From Lysobacter sp. (GTDB lineage: Bacteria > Pseudomonadota > Gammaproteobacteria > Xanthomonadales > Xanthomonadaceae), in assembly GCA_036524915.1 (NCBI GenBank), contig DATDBI010000324.1, forward strand, positions 9,676 to 73,675: a stretch of DNA of 64,000 nucleotides. The letters run 5' to 3'. This document shows positions 40,134 through 48,778 of the stretch, in pieces (positions within the stretch are counted from its first letter, which is position 1; each line of letters opens with the position of its first letter). The position numbers were made by a program, and so were the translations under genes. Under the pieces are notes generated by a model. That model had not been told where the DNA came from, did no database searches, and saw nothing but the letters and a program-made list of their open reading frames with translations.

Positions 40134-40931
40134 ATGTCGCCGCTGGCGCCCGGGCCGCTGGTCTCGATTGCCAGCGGCGCGCTGGAGGTCGACATCGCGC
40201 CGGAAGCGGGCGGTCGCATCGCGCAGATCCGCCACCGCGGAGACGAGCAGCTGGTCGGTCATGGCGACGACACCGGCGCCGTGATCGCCTGGGGTTGCTA
40301 TCCGATGGTGCCCTGGGCGGGGCGGATCCGGCGCGGCCGTTTTGGCGCCGAGCATCGCCAGTACCAGCTGCCGCTGAATCTGGGTGCACACGCGATCCAT
40401 GGTGTCGGTTTCGCGATGCCCTGGCGTTTGCAGTCGCACGGCGCGGACTTCGCCGAGCTGTCGCTGATGTTGCCGCAGGACGAGTACTGGCCGTTCGGCG
40501 GCAGTGCGCGGCAGCGCATCGAGGTGGAAGACGGGCAGCTCAGGATGAGCCTGTCGGTAACCGCGGGCGAGCGCGCGATGCCGGCGACCATCGGCTGGCA
40601 TCCGTGGTTCCGCAAGCCCGACCGCGTCCAGTTCGAACCGCGCAGGATGTATCCGCGAGACGCCGACGGGATCGCGACACGGCCGCTTGTGGCGCCGACG
40701 CCCGGTCCGTGGGACGACTGTTTCATCAACGACCTGCCGGTCGTGATCGAGCGCGACGGCCAGCGCGTGCGCCTGAGCTCCGACTGCATGCACTGGGTGG
40801 TGTACGACGCGGCCGCACATGCCAGCTGCTTCGAGCCGCAGAGCGGGCCACCGGATTCGTTCAATCTCGAGCCGATGCTGCTGACGCCACACACCTCGGT
40901 CAAAGCCTGGTTCCTGCTGGAATGGCTGTGA
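40134..40931 (+). CDS. aldose 1-epimerase (mutarotase)-like protein
   Basis: YPMVPWAGRI, HAIHG, GWHPWF, DDCF and CFEPQSGPPD motifs; alternative start 40107. Confidence 0.82.
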   Translation: MSPLAPGPLVSIASGALEVDIAPEAGGRIAQIRHRGDEQLVGHGDDTGAVIAWGCYPMVPWAGRIRRGRFGAEHRQYQLPLNLGAHAIHGVGFAMPWRLQSHGADFAELSLMLPQDEYWPFGGSARQRIEVEDGQLRMSLSVTAGERAMPATIGWHPWFRKPDRVQFEPRRMYPRDADGIATRPLVAPTPGPWDDCFINDLPVVIERDGQRVRLSSDCMHWVVYDAAAHASCFEPQSGPPDSFNLEPMLLTPHTSVKAWFLLEWL

Positions 40932-41052
40932 CGGCGCTGCGGTAACGGCATCACCCGGCGCAGGGGCGGGCAGCGCTATGATCGGCCGCTCCCGTGCCGC
41001 GGTGCAGGCCGGCACGGGTTTGGCGTTGTCCTTTCCCCCGGAGACCCAGGCC

Positions 41053-41262
41053 ATGACCGAGCACGTCTACAAGTCCCTCGAGCTGACTGGCTCGTCGAAG
41101 ACCAGCTGCGACGACGCCATCCGCAAGGCGATCGAACGTGCCTCCGGCACGGTGCGCAACATCAAATGGTTCCAGGTGCTGGAAACACGCGGCCATGTCG
41201 AGGACGGCAAGGTCGAGCACTGGCAGGTGACCATCAAGATCGGATTCACGCTCGAAGAGTGA
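41053..41262 (+). CDS. dodecin (flavin-binding protein)
   Basis: HVYKSLELTGSS...WFQV...WQVTIKIGFTL, 69 aa. Confidence 0.92.
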   Translation: MTEHVYKSLELTGSSKTSCDDAIRKAIERASGTVRNIKWFQVLETRGHVEDGKVEHWQVTIKIGFTLEE

Positions 41263-41475
41263 CCGGCGCGGCACGGGTCTTCCCGCGCCGATGCAATCCG
41301 CTGTTCGCCGCCGGTCCCCTGCATGCCCGGGGCGGGAGGCGTGCGCGCAACGGGGCCGCCGGGCGGCACGCCAAGCCTTGAGCAAAATTCAACATAGGCT
41401 TGCCAAACCGTCGCTTTTTTGCCGATGTTCCCGGGTCTAACCTTGCCTTCCACTCAAGGCAAGAAGGAATTGGCC

Positions 41476-41688
41476 ATGAACATCTACACCGGTTTGCTGT
41501 TCCAGCACGGCTACATCCAGAACCCCGAGCTGGCGATGTCGCTGGCCCAGGACGGCGATGACCTGCAGGCGCCCACCGATGCAACAGACGCCCGGCGCTC
41601 CGAAGGCCGCCAGAGCAGGGACCGCGGCGTGTTCCGCCTCGGTGCGCTGGCTGTCCTGCTCAATGACCTGATGTCTCCGCCGCGCTGA
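41476..41688 (+). CDS. small hypothetical protein (MNIYTGLLFQHGYI...)
   Basis: Strong AAGGAA RBS, typical codon use, 70 aa. Confidence 0.65.
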   Translation: MNIYTGLLFQHGYIQNPELAMSLAQDGDDLQAPTDATDARRSEGRQSRDRGVFRLGALAVLLNDLMSPPR

Positions 41689-41703
41689 TCCGGGCACACC
41701 GCG

Positions 41704-42039
41704 ATGATTGCGCGCCTGTGGCACGGCATCACCCTGGCGGAAGACGCTGATGAGTACCTGGAGTTCCTGCGGCGGCGCGCCGTGCCCGATTACAGCGGCA
41801 CGCCGGGCAACCTGTCGGTGAGCCTGATGCACCGGCGCGAAGGCAGGCTCGGTCACTTCCTGATCCTGACCCATTGGGAGTCGCTGGCGGCGATCGAAGC
41901 GTTCGCCGGCAGCGACGTGACGCGGGCCAAGTACTACCCCGAGGACGAGCGGTTCCTGCTTGAGTACGAGCCCACGGTGACCCACTACCAGGTGGATCCG
42001 TCAGAGCGGAGCAGCGACCACAAGGGCTGTGACGACTAA
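41704..42039 (+). CDS. antibiotic biosynthesis monooxygenase (ABM)-like protein
   Basis: MIARLWHG...TPGNL...WESLAAIEAFAG.D...YYPED pattern. Confidence 0.8.
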   Translation: MIARLWHGITLAEDADEYLEFLRRRAVPDYSGTPGNLSVSLMHRREGRLGHFLILTHWESLAAIEAFAGSDVTRAKYYPEDERFLLEYEPTVTHYQVDPSERSSDHKGCDD

Positions 42040-43580
42040 AGCTGCGACTGCACCGGCAGCAGTTTCATCAACCATGCCTGGAAGCGGCGGAAGGACGTGG
42101 CCTCGGGGTCCCGGGTGAATGTCCGGGTGCCGTCGCTCCATTGCAGCTTGCCGTCGACACGCTCGACCCGCCACGCGCGACTGCCTTCGAGTTCATGTTC
42201 GAAGATGCGCTCGAGCTCCTGCGCCAACTCCGGATGCGCCACCAGCAGGCCCTGCTCGGTGTTGATCGACGTCGAGCGCGGATCGAGGTTGTAGGAGCCG
42301 ACAAACACCTCCCGGTCGTCGATGATCAGCGCCTTGGTATGCAGGCTTGACCCGGATGAACCGCGCAGGCTAAAGCGCGACTCGGCGTCGCTGGTGGGCT
42401 TGAGTTCCCAGACCTTCACGCCGCCGTCCACCAGCGCCTCGCGATAGCGGGAGTAGCCGCCATGCACCGCGGCGACGTCGGTGGCAGCCAGCGAGTTGGT
42501 CAGCACGCGCACGTCGGTGCCGGCGGTGGACGAGGTGACCAGCGACCGCGTGGCGTCCGGGCCGGGCACGAAGTAGGGCGAGATCAGGTGCAGCTCGCGT
42601 TGCGCCGAGCGAATTGCCGGTGTCAGGGTGGCCAGCACCGCCGAGCGCTGCATGGCGCTGTCGGTGTCCTTGAGCTGGATCTTGAGCGGGTCGTCGCTGA
42701 CGAACTTCCAGTCGGAGGTCCAGTGCAGGGTGGTACCGCCGCTGACCAGGCGCTGCACGTCCGGGTCTTCGCGCAGCACGGTGGCGTAGGGGCTGGCGGC
42801 GAGCTCGGCGGGTGTCCCCTGCAGGCGGCTGCGCAGCTCTGCCAGCGCTTCGGGTGTCGATGTGCCGGGGCTGATGGTCGCGATCGGGTAGTTGCTCGGT
42901 GAGTTCCAGTAGCGGTCGAAACTGCCGCTGACCTGGCGCACGACGGGACCGACCAGCGCCAGGTCGAGGTCGACGAAGTTGCTCTCCGCGCTGGCGCCGA
43001 AATACTCGTCGCCCAGGTTGCGCCCGCCCACCACCGCGATGCGGTTGTCGGCAATCCAGCTCTTGTTGTGCATGCGGTAGTTGAGTCGGCTGAAGCTGGT
43101 GCCCATCTCGCCAAGGCGATTGACGGTGCCGCTGCGACTGGCGAACGGATTGAAGATGCGCACCTCGATGCGCTCGTGCGCGTCGAGCGCGGCGAAGCCG
43201 GCGTTCTTGGCGCGGGCATCCATGTCGTCAACCAGGATACGCACCTGCACGCCGCGATCGGCTGCGGTCAGCGCGCGCTGGGCGAGCATTTTGCCGGTGA
43301 GGTCGGCGTGCCAGATGTAGGTCTGGATATCGAGGCTGCGGGTGGCCACCTGGGCGCTGTACATCCGCAGCGCATAGGCTTCGGTGCCGTTGCTGAGCAG
43401 GCGGAATCCGGACTGGCCTGGATGGCGGCTCTCGGCCGGGCCGGTGCGCAGGGCCAGCTCGCCCTCGCTGGCCGGGGGCGGGGCGAAGGCGTCGGGCAGG
43501 ACCGGCCGTTCCGGCAGGCTGGAGCAGGCGGCCAGCACCACCATGCACAGCGACAGGGCAATCCGGATCATGCGCGACAT
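42036..43580 (-). CDS. clsC: phospholipase D family protein (ClsC/YmdC-like cardiolipin synthase)
   Basis: Two HKD motifs (MHNKSWIAD, LHTKALIID); GGRNLGDEYF, LTNSLAATD; lipobox-like LAAC. Confidence 0.8.
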   Translation of the reverse strand: MSRMIRIALSLCMVVLAACSSLPERPVLPDAFAPPPASEGELALRTGPAESRHPGQSGFRLLSNGTEAYALRMYSAQVATRSLDIQTYIWHADLTGKMLAQRALTAADRGVQVRILVDDMDARAKNAGFAALDAHERIEVRIFNPFASRSGTVNRLGEMGTSFSRLNYRMHNKSWIADNRIAVVGGRNLGDEYFGASAESNFVDLDLALVGPVVRQVSGSFDRYWNSPSNYPIATISPGTSTPEALAELRSRLQGTPAELAASPYATVLREDPDVQRLVSGGTTLHWTSDWKFVSDDPLKIQLKDTDSAMQRSAVLATLTPAIRSAQRELHLISPYFVPGPDATRSLVTSSTAGTDVRVLTNSLAATDVAAVHGGYSRYREALVDGGVKVWELKPTSDAESRFSLRGSSGSSLHTKALIIDDREVFVGSYNLDPRSTSINTEQGLLVAHPELAQELERIFEHELEGSRAWRVERVDGKLQWSDGTRTFTRDPEATSFRRFQAWLMKLLPVQSQL

Positions 43581-43757
43581 GGTGGTTTGGCCGGTTGGTT
43601 TGCAGTCGGATATCACACGGTCTGTGAGGGCACAATGGGCCATCGCCCCAGCGCCGGCTCACGTCGCGGCCGTCGCTGCCAAGGGCCTAGAATGCCACCA
43701 CAGGCCGCCAGGCCGACGCCCATCGGTCACCTGGCCGTACCAGCAGCAAGGAACTCC

Positions 43758-44195
43758 ATGTCCCGCAATTCCAAGGTCAAGCGTGCGGTGCGCCGCAAGA
43801 ACGAACCCAAGCGCCCGATCCGCCGCCTTGGGGGGGCGCTGCAGCCGCACGCCCAGCTGCTCGACAGCGACGGCAAGGCCGTCGGCGGTGTTGGCTGGCG
43901 CGACGGCCAGTGGTTGCTGGTGCTCGCAGGCCAGGTAGCTGCCAGCAGTGACAGCGCCGCGATGGCGCTGGCCATGCTGCGCCATGTGGTGGCCGTGCAG
44001 GCCGACGCCGGCGTCGAGCTTGAGCTGCACGCGTCGCCCCCGCTGCTGACCGCGGCTGCGCGTGAAGCCGCCGTGCACGAGCAGACGCTCGAGGAATACC
44101 TCGCCGCGCTCGAAAACGAACGCGTGAGCCGTGACGAGGACGATGCGCCGCCGCGCCAGTCCGGCGGGATGGAAAGGCCGACTCGCCTGCAATAA
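43758..44195 (+). CDS. hypothetical protein with basic N-terminus
   Basis: AAGGAA RBS; TAGAAT upstream near 43688; typical codon use. Confidence 0.65.
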   Translation: MSRNSKVKRAVRRKNEPKRPIRRLGGALQPHAQLLDSDGKAVGGVGWRDGQWLLVLAGQVAASSDSAAMALAMLRHVVAVQADAGVELELHASPPLLTAAAREAAVHEQTLEEYLAALENERVSRDEDDAPPRQSGGMERPTRLQ

Positions 44196-44215
44196 GGCGT
44201 TCGGCTTCTTTCTCT
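44175..44215 (+). terminator. probable intrinsic terminator
   Basis: AGGCCGA..CGCCT-loop-AGGCG.TCGGCTT followed by CTTTCTCT. Confidence 0.45.
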
Positions 44216-44271
44216 GGCCTGCGCGCACGGCTGGCCGCGTTGTTCCGGACACGAGGCACCGGAGCAGACCA

Positions 44272-44709
44272 ATGCGCAACGAGGGAACGTGGCTCACCCT
44301 GGTCCTGGCAGGCCTGGCGATCGCCAATGCGGCGGTACCGATCACCGCGACCGCGCAGGACCTGCGCCCGGAGTCGCTGAAGCTGTACGGCGGCACCTAT
44401 TCGCCCGATTGCGGCAATGCCGCCGCGGCGCAGGTGCGCATAGCGGCCGACGGCCTGCAGATCAGCGCAAACGGCCAGAGCGTGCGCACGCCGGCGCGGA
44501 TGGACTCATACACCAGCTTTGGCGGCGCGCCGACTTCGGCGGTCCCGGAAGGCTACAAGGTCGAGTTCATCGGCGACGACTTCTCGCTGTATGTCTTCGA
44601 GGACGCCAAAGGCACGTACGCGCCGCTGGAAGGCTACGTTCCCAGCGCCGCTTCGGTGGTCGGCGGCTCGGCGATGAAAGCCCGCTTCGGCCATTGCGCC
44701 GGCAGCTGA
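44272..44709 (+). CDS. secreted hypothetical protein
   Basis: GGAG RBS, signal peptide ending ATA, two Cys near the mature termini. Confidence 0.65.
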   Translation: MRNEGTWLTLVLAGLAIANAAVPITATAQDLRPESLKLYGGTYSPDCGNAAAAQVRIAADGLQISANGQSVRTPARMDSYTSFGGAPTSAVPEGYKVEFIGDDFSLYVFEDAKGTYAPLEGYVPSAASVVGGSAMKARFGHCAGS

Positions 44710-44724
44710 TCCTCCGCTGGCAAC

Positions 44725-44766
44725 GCGCCATCGCTGAACCCATCGCCAGGCGCCATCGCTGAACCC
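44725..44766 (+). repeat. 17-bp direct repeat upstream of gnd
   Basis: GCGCCATCGCTGAACCC at 44725-44741 and 44750-44766. Confidence 0.8.
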
Positions 44767-44852
44767 CTGACAGCCCGGCCGTGCTTCCCCTTCACGACGG
44801 CCTGGGCGATGCTGGTGTGTCGCCCGCGCGACCCCACAGGCGAGGAGGCTGC

Positions 44853-45758
44853 ATGGAACTTGGCATGATCGGATTGGGCCGGATGGGCGCCAACATGGCC
44901 GAACGGCTGGTGCGCAACGGCCATCGTGTCGTCGGCTACGACCCTGGCGCGCCGGCGCGCGAACAGGCCGCCGCGCGCGGCATCGAGGCGGCGGCGTCCC
45001 AGGCCGAACTGATTGCCGCGCTGCCGGCACCGCGCGCGCTGTGGCTGATGGTGCCGGCCGGCGACCCGGTTGATCGCAGCATCGATGAACTGCTGCCGCA
45101 ACTCGCCGCCGGCGACGTGATCGTCGATGGCGGCAATTCCAACTACAAGGATTCGATGCGCCGCGCGAAGCGGCTGTCGGACCACGGCATCGCCTGGGTC
45201 GACTGCGGTACCAGCGGCGGCGTCTGGGGCCTGGCCGAGGGCTACAGCCTGATGATCGGCGGCGACGAGGCGGCGGTGGAGCGGCTGCGCCCGGTCTTCA
45301 GCGCGCTGGCGCCAACGCCGGACAGCGGTTGGGGGCGGGTCGGTCCCAGCGGCGCGGGCCACTTCGCCAAGATGGTCCACAACGGCATCGAGTACGGAAT
45401 GATGCAGGCCTATGCCGAGGGCTTCGCGATCATGCAGCGCAAGGCCGACTTCGGTCTCGACCTGGGCCAGGTGGCGCAGATCTGGCGCCATGGCAGCGTG
45501 GTGCGGTCGTGGCTGCTCGACCTGAGCGCCAACGCGCTCGGTCGCAACCCGCAACTCGATGGCATCGCCCCCTACGTCGCCGACTCCGGCGAAGGGCGCT
45601 GGACGGTGGCCGAGGCCATCGACCTGGACGTGTCGGCGCCGGTGATCACCCTGTCCCTGCTCGAGCGCCTGCGCTCGCGCGAGGACGATTCCTTCGCCGA
45701 CAAGCTGCTGGCGGCGATGCGCAACGAGTTCGGCGGCCACCCGATCCGCAAGACCTGA
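44853..45758 (+). CDS. gnd: 6-phosphogluconate dehydrogenase, decarboxylating (short YqeC type)
   Basis: GLGRMG, DGGNS, GTSGG, KMVHNGIEY, DSGEGRW and RNEFGGH motifs; GAGGAGG RBS. Confidence 0.92.
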   Translation: MELGMIGLGRMGANMAERLVRNGHRVVGYDPGAPAREQAAARGIEAAASQAELIAALPAPRALWLMVPAGDPVDRSIDELLPQLAAGDVIVDGGNSNYKDSMRRAKRLSDHGIAWVDCGTSGGVWGLAEGYSLMIGGDEAAVERLRPVFSALAPTPDSGWGRVGPSGAGHFAKMVHNGIEYGMMQAYAEGFAIMQRKADFGLDLGQVAQIWRHGSVVRSWLLDLSANALGRNPQLDGIAPYVADSGEGRWTVAEAIDLDVSAPVITLSLLERLRSREDDSFADKLLAAMRNEFGGHPIRKT

Positions 45759-45840
45759 CCGGGCGCGGCGTCATGCCGCAGTGCGTCAACGGGGTAGGCT
45801 TGCCGCCGGGCAACCCGCCCCTGGGGAAGGAGAGGGAAAC

Positions 45841-46278
45841 ATGACCACCGTTGTCGCGTCTTCGCGTCCTACCAGCTACTGGATCATTGCCACGCTGGCG
45901 CTCGCATGGAACCTCATCGGCGTCTACATGTTCTACACGCAGTTCACCGGAGGGCCGGCGCAGCTGGCGGCATTGCCGCCGGAGCAGCGTCAAATCCTCG
46001 AAGCAACGCCGTCCTGGATCAACGCCGCTTACGGCGTGGCGGTGTTCGGCGGCGTGCTCGGCGCGATTGGCCTGCTGATGAAGAAGCGTTGGGCCGCGAC
46101 GATGTTCCTGGTGTCGCTGATCGCGCTCGTCGTGCAGGTTGCCGGTACCTTCGCGGTGACTCCGGCCTGGGGCCTGCTGGGTCCAACCGGTTTGGCCATG
46201 CCGGCGCTGATCGTCGTGATCGCGCTTTTCCTGCTGTCGTATTCGCGCAAGGCCGCGGCACGGCGCTGGATCGGTTGA
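45841..46278 (+). CDS. 4-TM hypothetical membrane protein
   Basis: Strong RBS; YWII..LALAWNLIG...P.W.NAAYGVAV pattern. Confidence 0.75.
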   Translation: MTTVVASSRPTSYWIIATLALAWNLIGVYMFYTQFTGGPAQLAALPPEQRQILEATPSWINAAYGVAVFGGVLGAIGLLMKKRWAATMFLVSLIALVVQVAGTFAVTPAWGLLGPTGLAMPALIVVIALFLLSYSRKAAARRWIG

Positions 46279-46348
46279 ATCAGCCCACCGCAGCCGCATC
46301 GCCGCCGCGGCGGTGGCGATGCGGGCTCGGTGCAGGTCATCGAGCGTT

Positions 46349-46702
46349 TCATCGAGCCGTATCTGTCTGCCGGGGAAACCCGCCCACCGGGCGCCCGCCG
46401 GTGCATCCGGCCTTCACGCAGGCCGCGTGGGAATGCACCTCCGCATCGCGAATGTCCGGGAGTTGACCGGAACCCGTGACCGGGCCGGCACCCGAGACGC
46501 CGTGCCGCGCGCGCAGCGCGACCGCCTGCCGGTGCACGAAACACAGATAGGCACTGGACAGCAGCGCCACCACGGTCACTGCCTCAAGCCACGCGCCGCG
46601 GCGCCAGTGCAGGACGACGAAGCCCACCGCCCCGATCAGCAACAGTACGGCCACCCACCTGCGTTCGACCGCGCCATCCAGCACGGATACCAGGACATCC
46701 AT
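46349..46702 (-). CDS. hypothetical membrane protein
   Basis: GGAAGGAA RBS before ATG 46702; two hydrophobic segments; 3' part of a long shadow ORF. Confidence 0.45.
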   Translation of the reverse strand: MDVLVSVLDGAVERRWVAVLLLIGAVGFVVLHWRRGAWLEAVTVVALLSSAYLCFVHRQAVALRARHGVSGAGPVTGSGQLPDIRDAEVHSHAACVKAGCTGGRPVGGFPRQTDTAR

Positions 46703-46846
46703 TTCCTTCCCCTGTGACTCCAGCGCGCAAGAATAGCGACTGGAATTCACGATCAGGCCGTGTCCACTTCCAGGCGTGAAGCCGTGAACATCACGTATGA
46801 AACAATGCGGCGGCCTGCCAACGCCTGCGGCAATGGAACCGACCTG

Positions 46847-47947
46847 ATGGCGACACGCACACTGAGCAACCGCGCACTCAACCGTGCCCTGCTGGCAAGG
46901 CAGGGGCTGCTCCGGCGCCAGCGCCTGGGCATCGCCGAGCTGATCCACCGCGTCGGCGGCCTGCAGTCGCAGGAGCCCAAGGACCCCCATGTCGCGCTGT
47001 GGTCGCGGCTGAGTGGCTTTCGCAGCGAGCAATTGCATGCCGCCGCGCAACGGCGCCAGATCGTGCGCGGGAGCTACTTGCGCTCCACCATCCACACCGT
47101 CGCCAGCGACGACTTCCTGGCATTCCGGCCGCTGTTGCAGCCAGTTATCGATCGCGAACTGGAGACTGCGCACTGGCGCGCGATCAGTGGCGGCTTCGAT
47201 CCGGCGCGCGTCGAAAAGCTTGCACGCGAACTGATGGCCCAGCGGCCAATGAGTGCGCAGGAACTTGGCGCGGCACTGCTGCCCCATTTTCCCGACGCCC
47301 AGCAGGCAGGGCTTGGCCATTGGGTGCGCACGCGCGTGGCGCTCGCCATCGCCCCGAGCGAGGACCGCTGGGGCTATCGGCGCCCACCGCGCTTCGTGCC
47401 GGCCGAGCAATGGTTGCAACAGCCGCTCGCCGCTGCGGACACCGCCGCACTGCTGCTGCACGGCATCGCCGCGATCGGCCCGGCCAGCTCGGCAGACCTG
47501 CGCAGCTGGTCGGCGCTGCGCGGGATCAAGCCCGTGCTCGAATCGCTGCGACCGCAACTGCGCGTGTTCCGCGACGACGACGGCCGCGAACTTCTCGACC
47601 TCGCCGACGCGCCACGGCCGCGGGCCGAGACGCCGGCACCGGTACGCTTCCTTCCCGAGTACGACAATGTGTTCCTGTCGCACGACGACCGTAGCCGCAT
47701 CATCCGCGCCGAGCACAACCCGCATTTCACCCAGACCGCCAATGGCCGGCGCCTGCGCGCGGTGCTGATCGACGGTTTCGTCGGCGCCGGCTGGTCACAT
47801 GCCTGCGACAAGGGCAGGGCGAGTATCCATGTCCGGCAGTTCGAGCGATTCGATGCCGGCACGCGCGAGGAGATCGAAGCCGAGGCGCAGGCGCTGTTGC
47901 GTTTCCTCGAGCCCGATGCAGATCAACATGCCGTCGAACTCAAGTGA
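46847..47947 (+). CDS. AlkZ/YcaQ (HTH_42) family winged-helix DNA glycosylase-like protein, QxQ type
   Basis: LNRALLARQGLL, GGLQSQEP...ALWSRL, RSTIH, GPAS.ADL..WS and RFLPEYDN motifs. Confidence 0.85.
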   Translation: MATRTLSNRALNRALLARQGLLRRQRLGIAELIHRVGGLQSQEPKDPHVALWSRLSGFRSEQLHAAAQRRQIVRGSYLRSTIHTVASDDFLAFRPLLQPVIDRELETAHWRAISGGFDPARVEKLARELMAQRPMSAQELGAALLPHFPDAQQAGLGHWVRTRVALAIAPSEDRWGYRRPPRFVPAEQWLQQPLAAADTAALLLHGIAAIGPASSADLRSWSALRGIKPVLESLRPQLRVFRDDDGRELLDLADAPRPRAETPAPVRFLPEYDNVFLSHDDRSRIIRAEHNPHFTQTANGRRLRAVLIDGFVGAGWSHACDKGRASIHVRQFERFDAGTREEIEAEAQALLRFLEPDADQHAVELK

Positions 47948-47965
47948 GCTGAAAGGAAGATCCGG

Positions 47966-48727
47966 ATGAAGGCAGCTGCAGTCACCACCCTGGCCATCGC
48001 GCTGCTGCTCGCCGGCTGCGCGAGCGCGCCGCCTGTCGCGCGCAACCCGCCGGGCGATTGGCGGCCATCGCCCAATTACAACCAGCGCAGCGCGCAGATG
48101 ATCATCATCCACCAGACCGAGATGGACTCGGCCGAGGCGGCGCTGCTGACCTTGCAGACGCGCAACTCGACCGGACGCGTCAGCGCCCATTACCTCATCG
48201 GCAAGGACGGCCACCTCTATCAGCTGGTTGCCGAGGGCGAACGCGCCTGGCATGCCGGTGCATCGCGCTGGGGCGGCGTGACCGACCTCAACTCGGGCTC
48301 GATCGGGATCGAGCTGGACAACGACGGCGTGGCACCGTTCAGCAACGTACAGATCGACACGCTGTTGCGTCTGCTTGGCGATATCACTGACCGTCTCGAC
48401 ATCCCGCGCCATCTCGTCATCGGTCACGGCGACATCGCGCCGACGCGCAAGCGCGATCCGAGCGCGCTGTTCCCGTGGCAGCGCCTGGCCGACGCCGGTT
48501 ATGGCCTGTGGCCGCGCACGCCGCTTGCCGCTGCGCCCGCGGGGTTCGATGCGTGGGCGGCCTTGCGCCTGGTTGGCTACGACCTGCGCGACCCGACGGC
48601 GGCCCTGCGCGCCTTCCACCGCCACTATCGCGGCAACGAGGAACAGCAGTGGCTGCCAGGCGACGCGGAGATCCTGCACGACCTGCAACTGCAGTTGATG
48701 GACATGCCGACCCCGCTGCCCGGGTAA
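47966..48727 (+). CDS. N-acetylmuramoyl-L-alanine amidase (Amidase_2, AmiD-like lipoprotein)
   Basis: Lipobox LAGC; IIIHQT, VSAHYLI, RAWHAG, SIGIE, GHGDIAP.RK.DP motifs. Confidence 0.88.
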   Translation: MKAAAVTTLAIALLLAGCASAPPVARNPPGDWRPSPNYNQRSAQMIIIHQTEMDSAEAALLTLQTRNSTGRVSAHYLIGKDGHLYQLVAEGERAWHAGASRWGGVTDLNSGSIGIELDNDGVAPFSNVQIDTLLRLLGDITDRLDIPRHLVIGHGDIAPTRKRDPSALFPWQRLADAGYGLWPRTPLAAAPAGFDAWAALRLVGYDLRDPTAALRAFHRHYRGNEEQQWLPGDAEILHDLQLQLMDMPTPLPG

Positions 48728-48778
48728 GCGCGGCGAACTCGCGGATTTCTTTGTTATTTCCCCCCGGTCTTGACCGGG

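Noticed and set aside
42036-43580. Lipobox on the PLD protein as a sign of a secreted toxin
   Set aside because: Motifs match ordinary ClsC/YmdC-like proteins; no immunity or secretion genes nearby.
41053-45758. Dodecin and gnd as members of the xylan regulon
   Set aside because: No XylR box seen upstream of either gene; proximity alone is insufficient.
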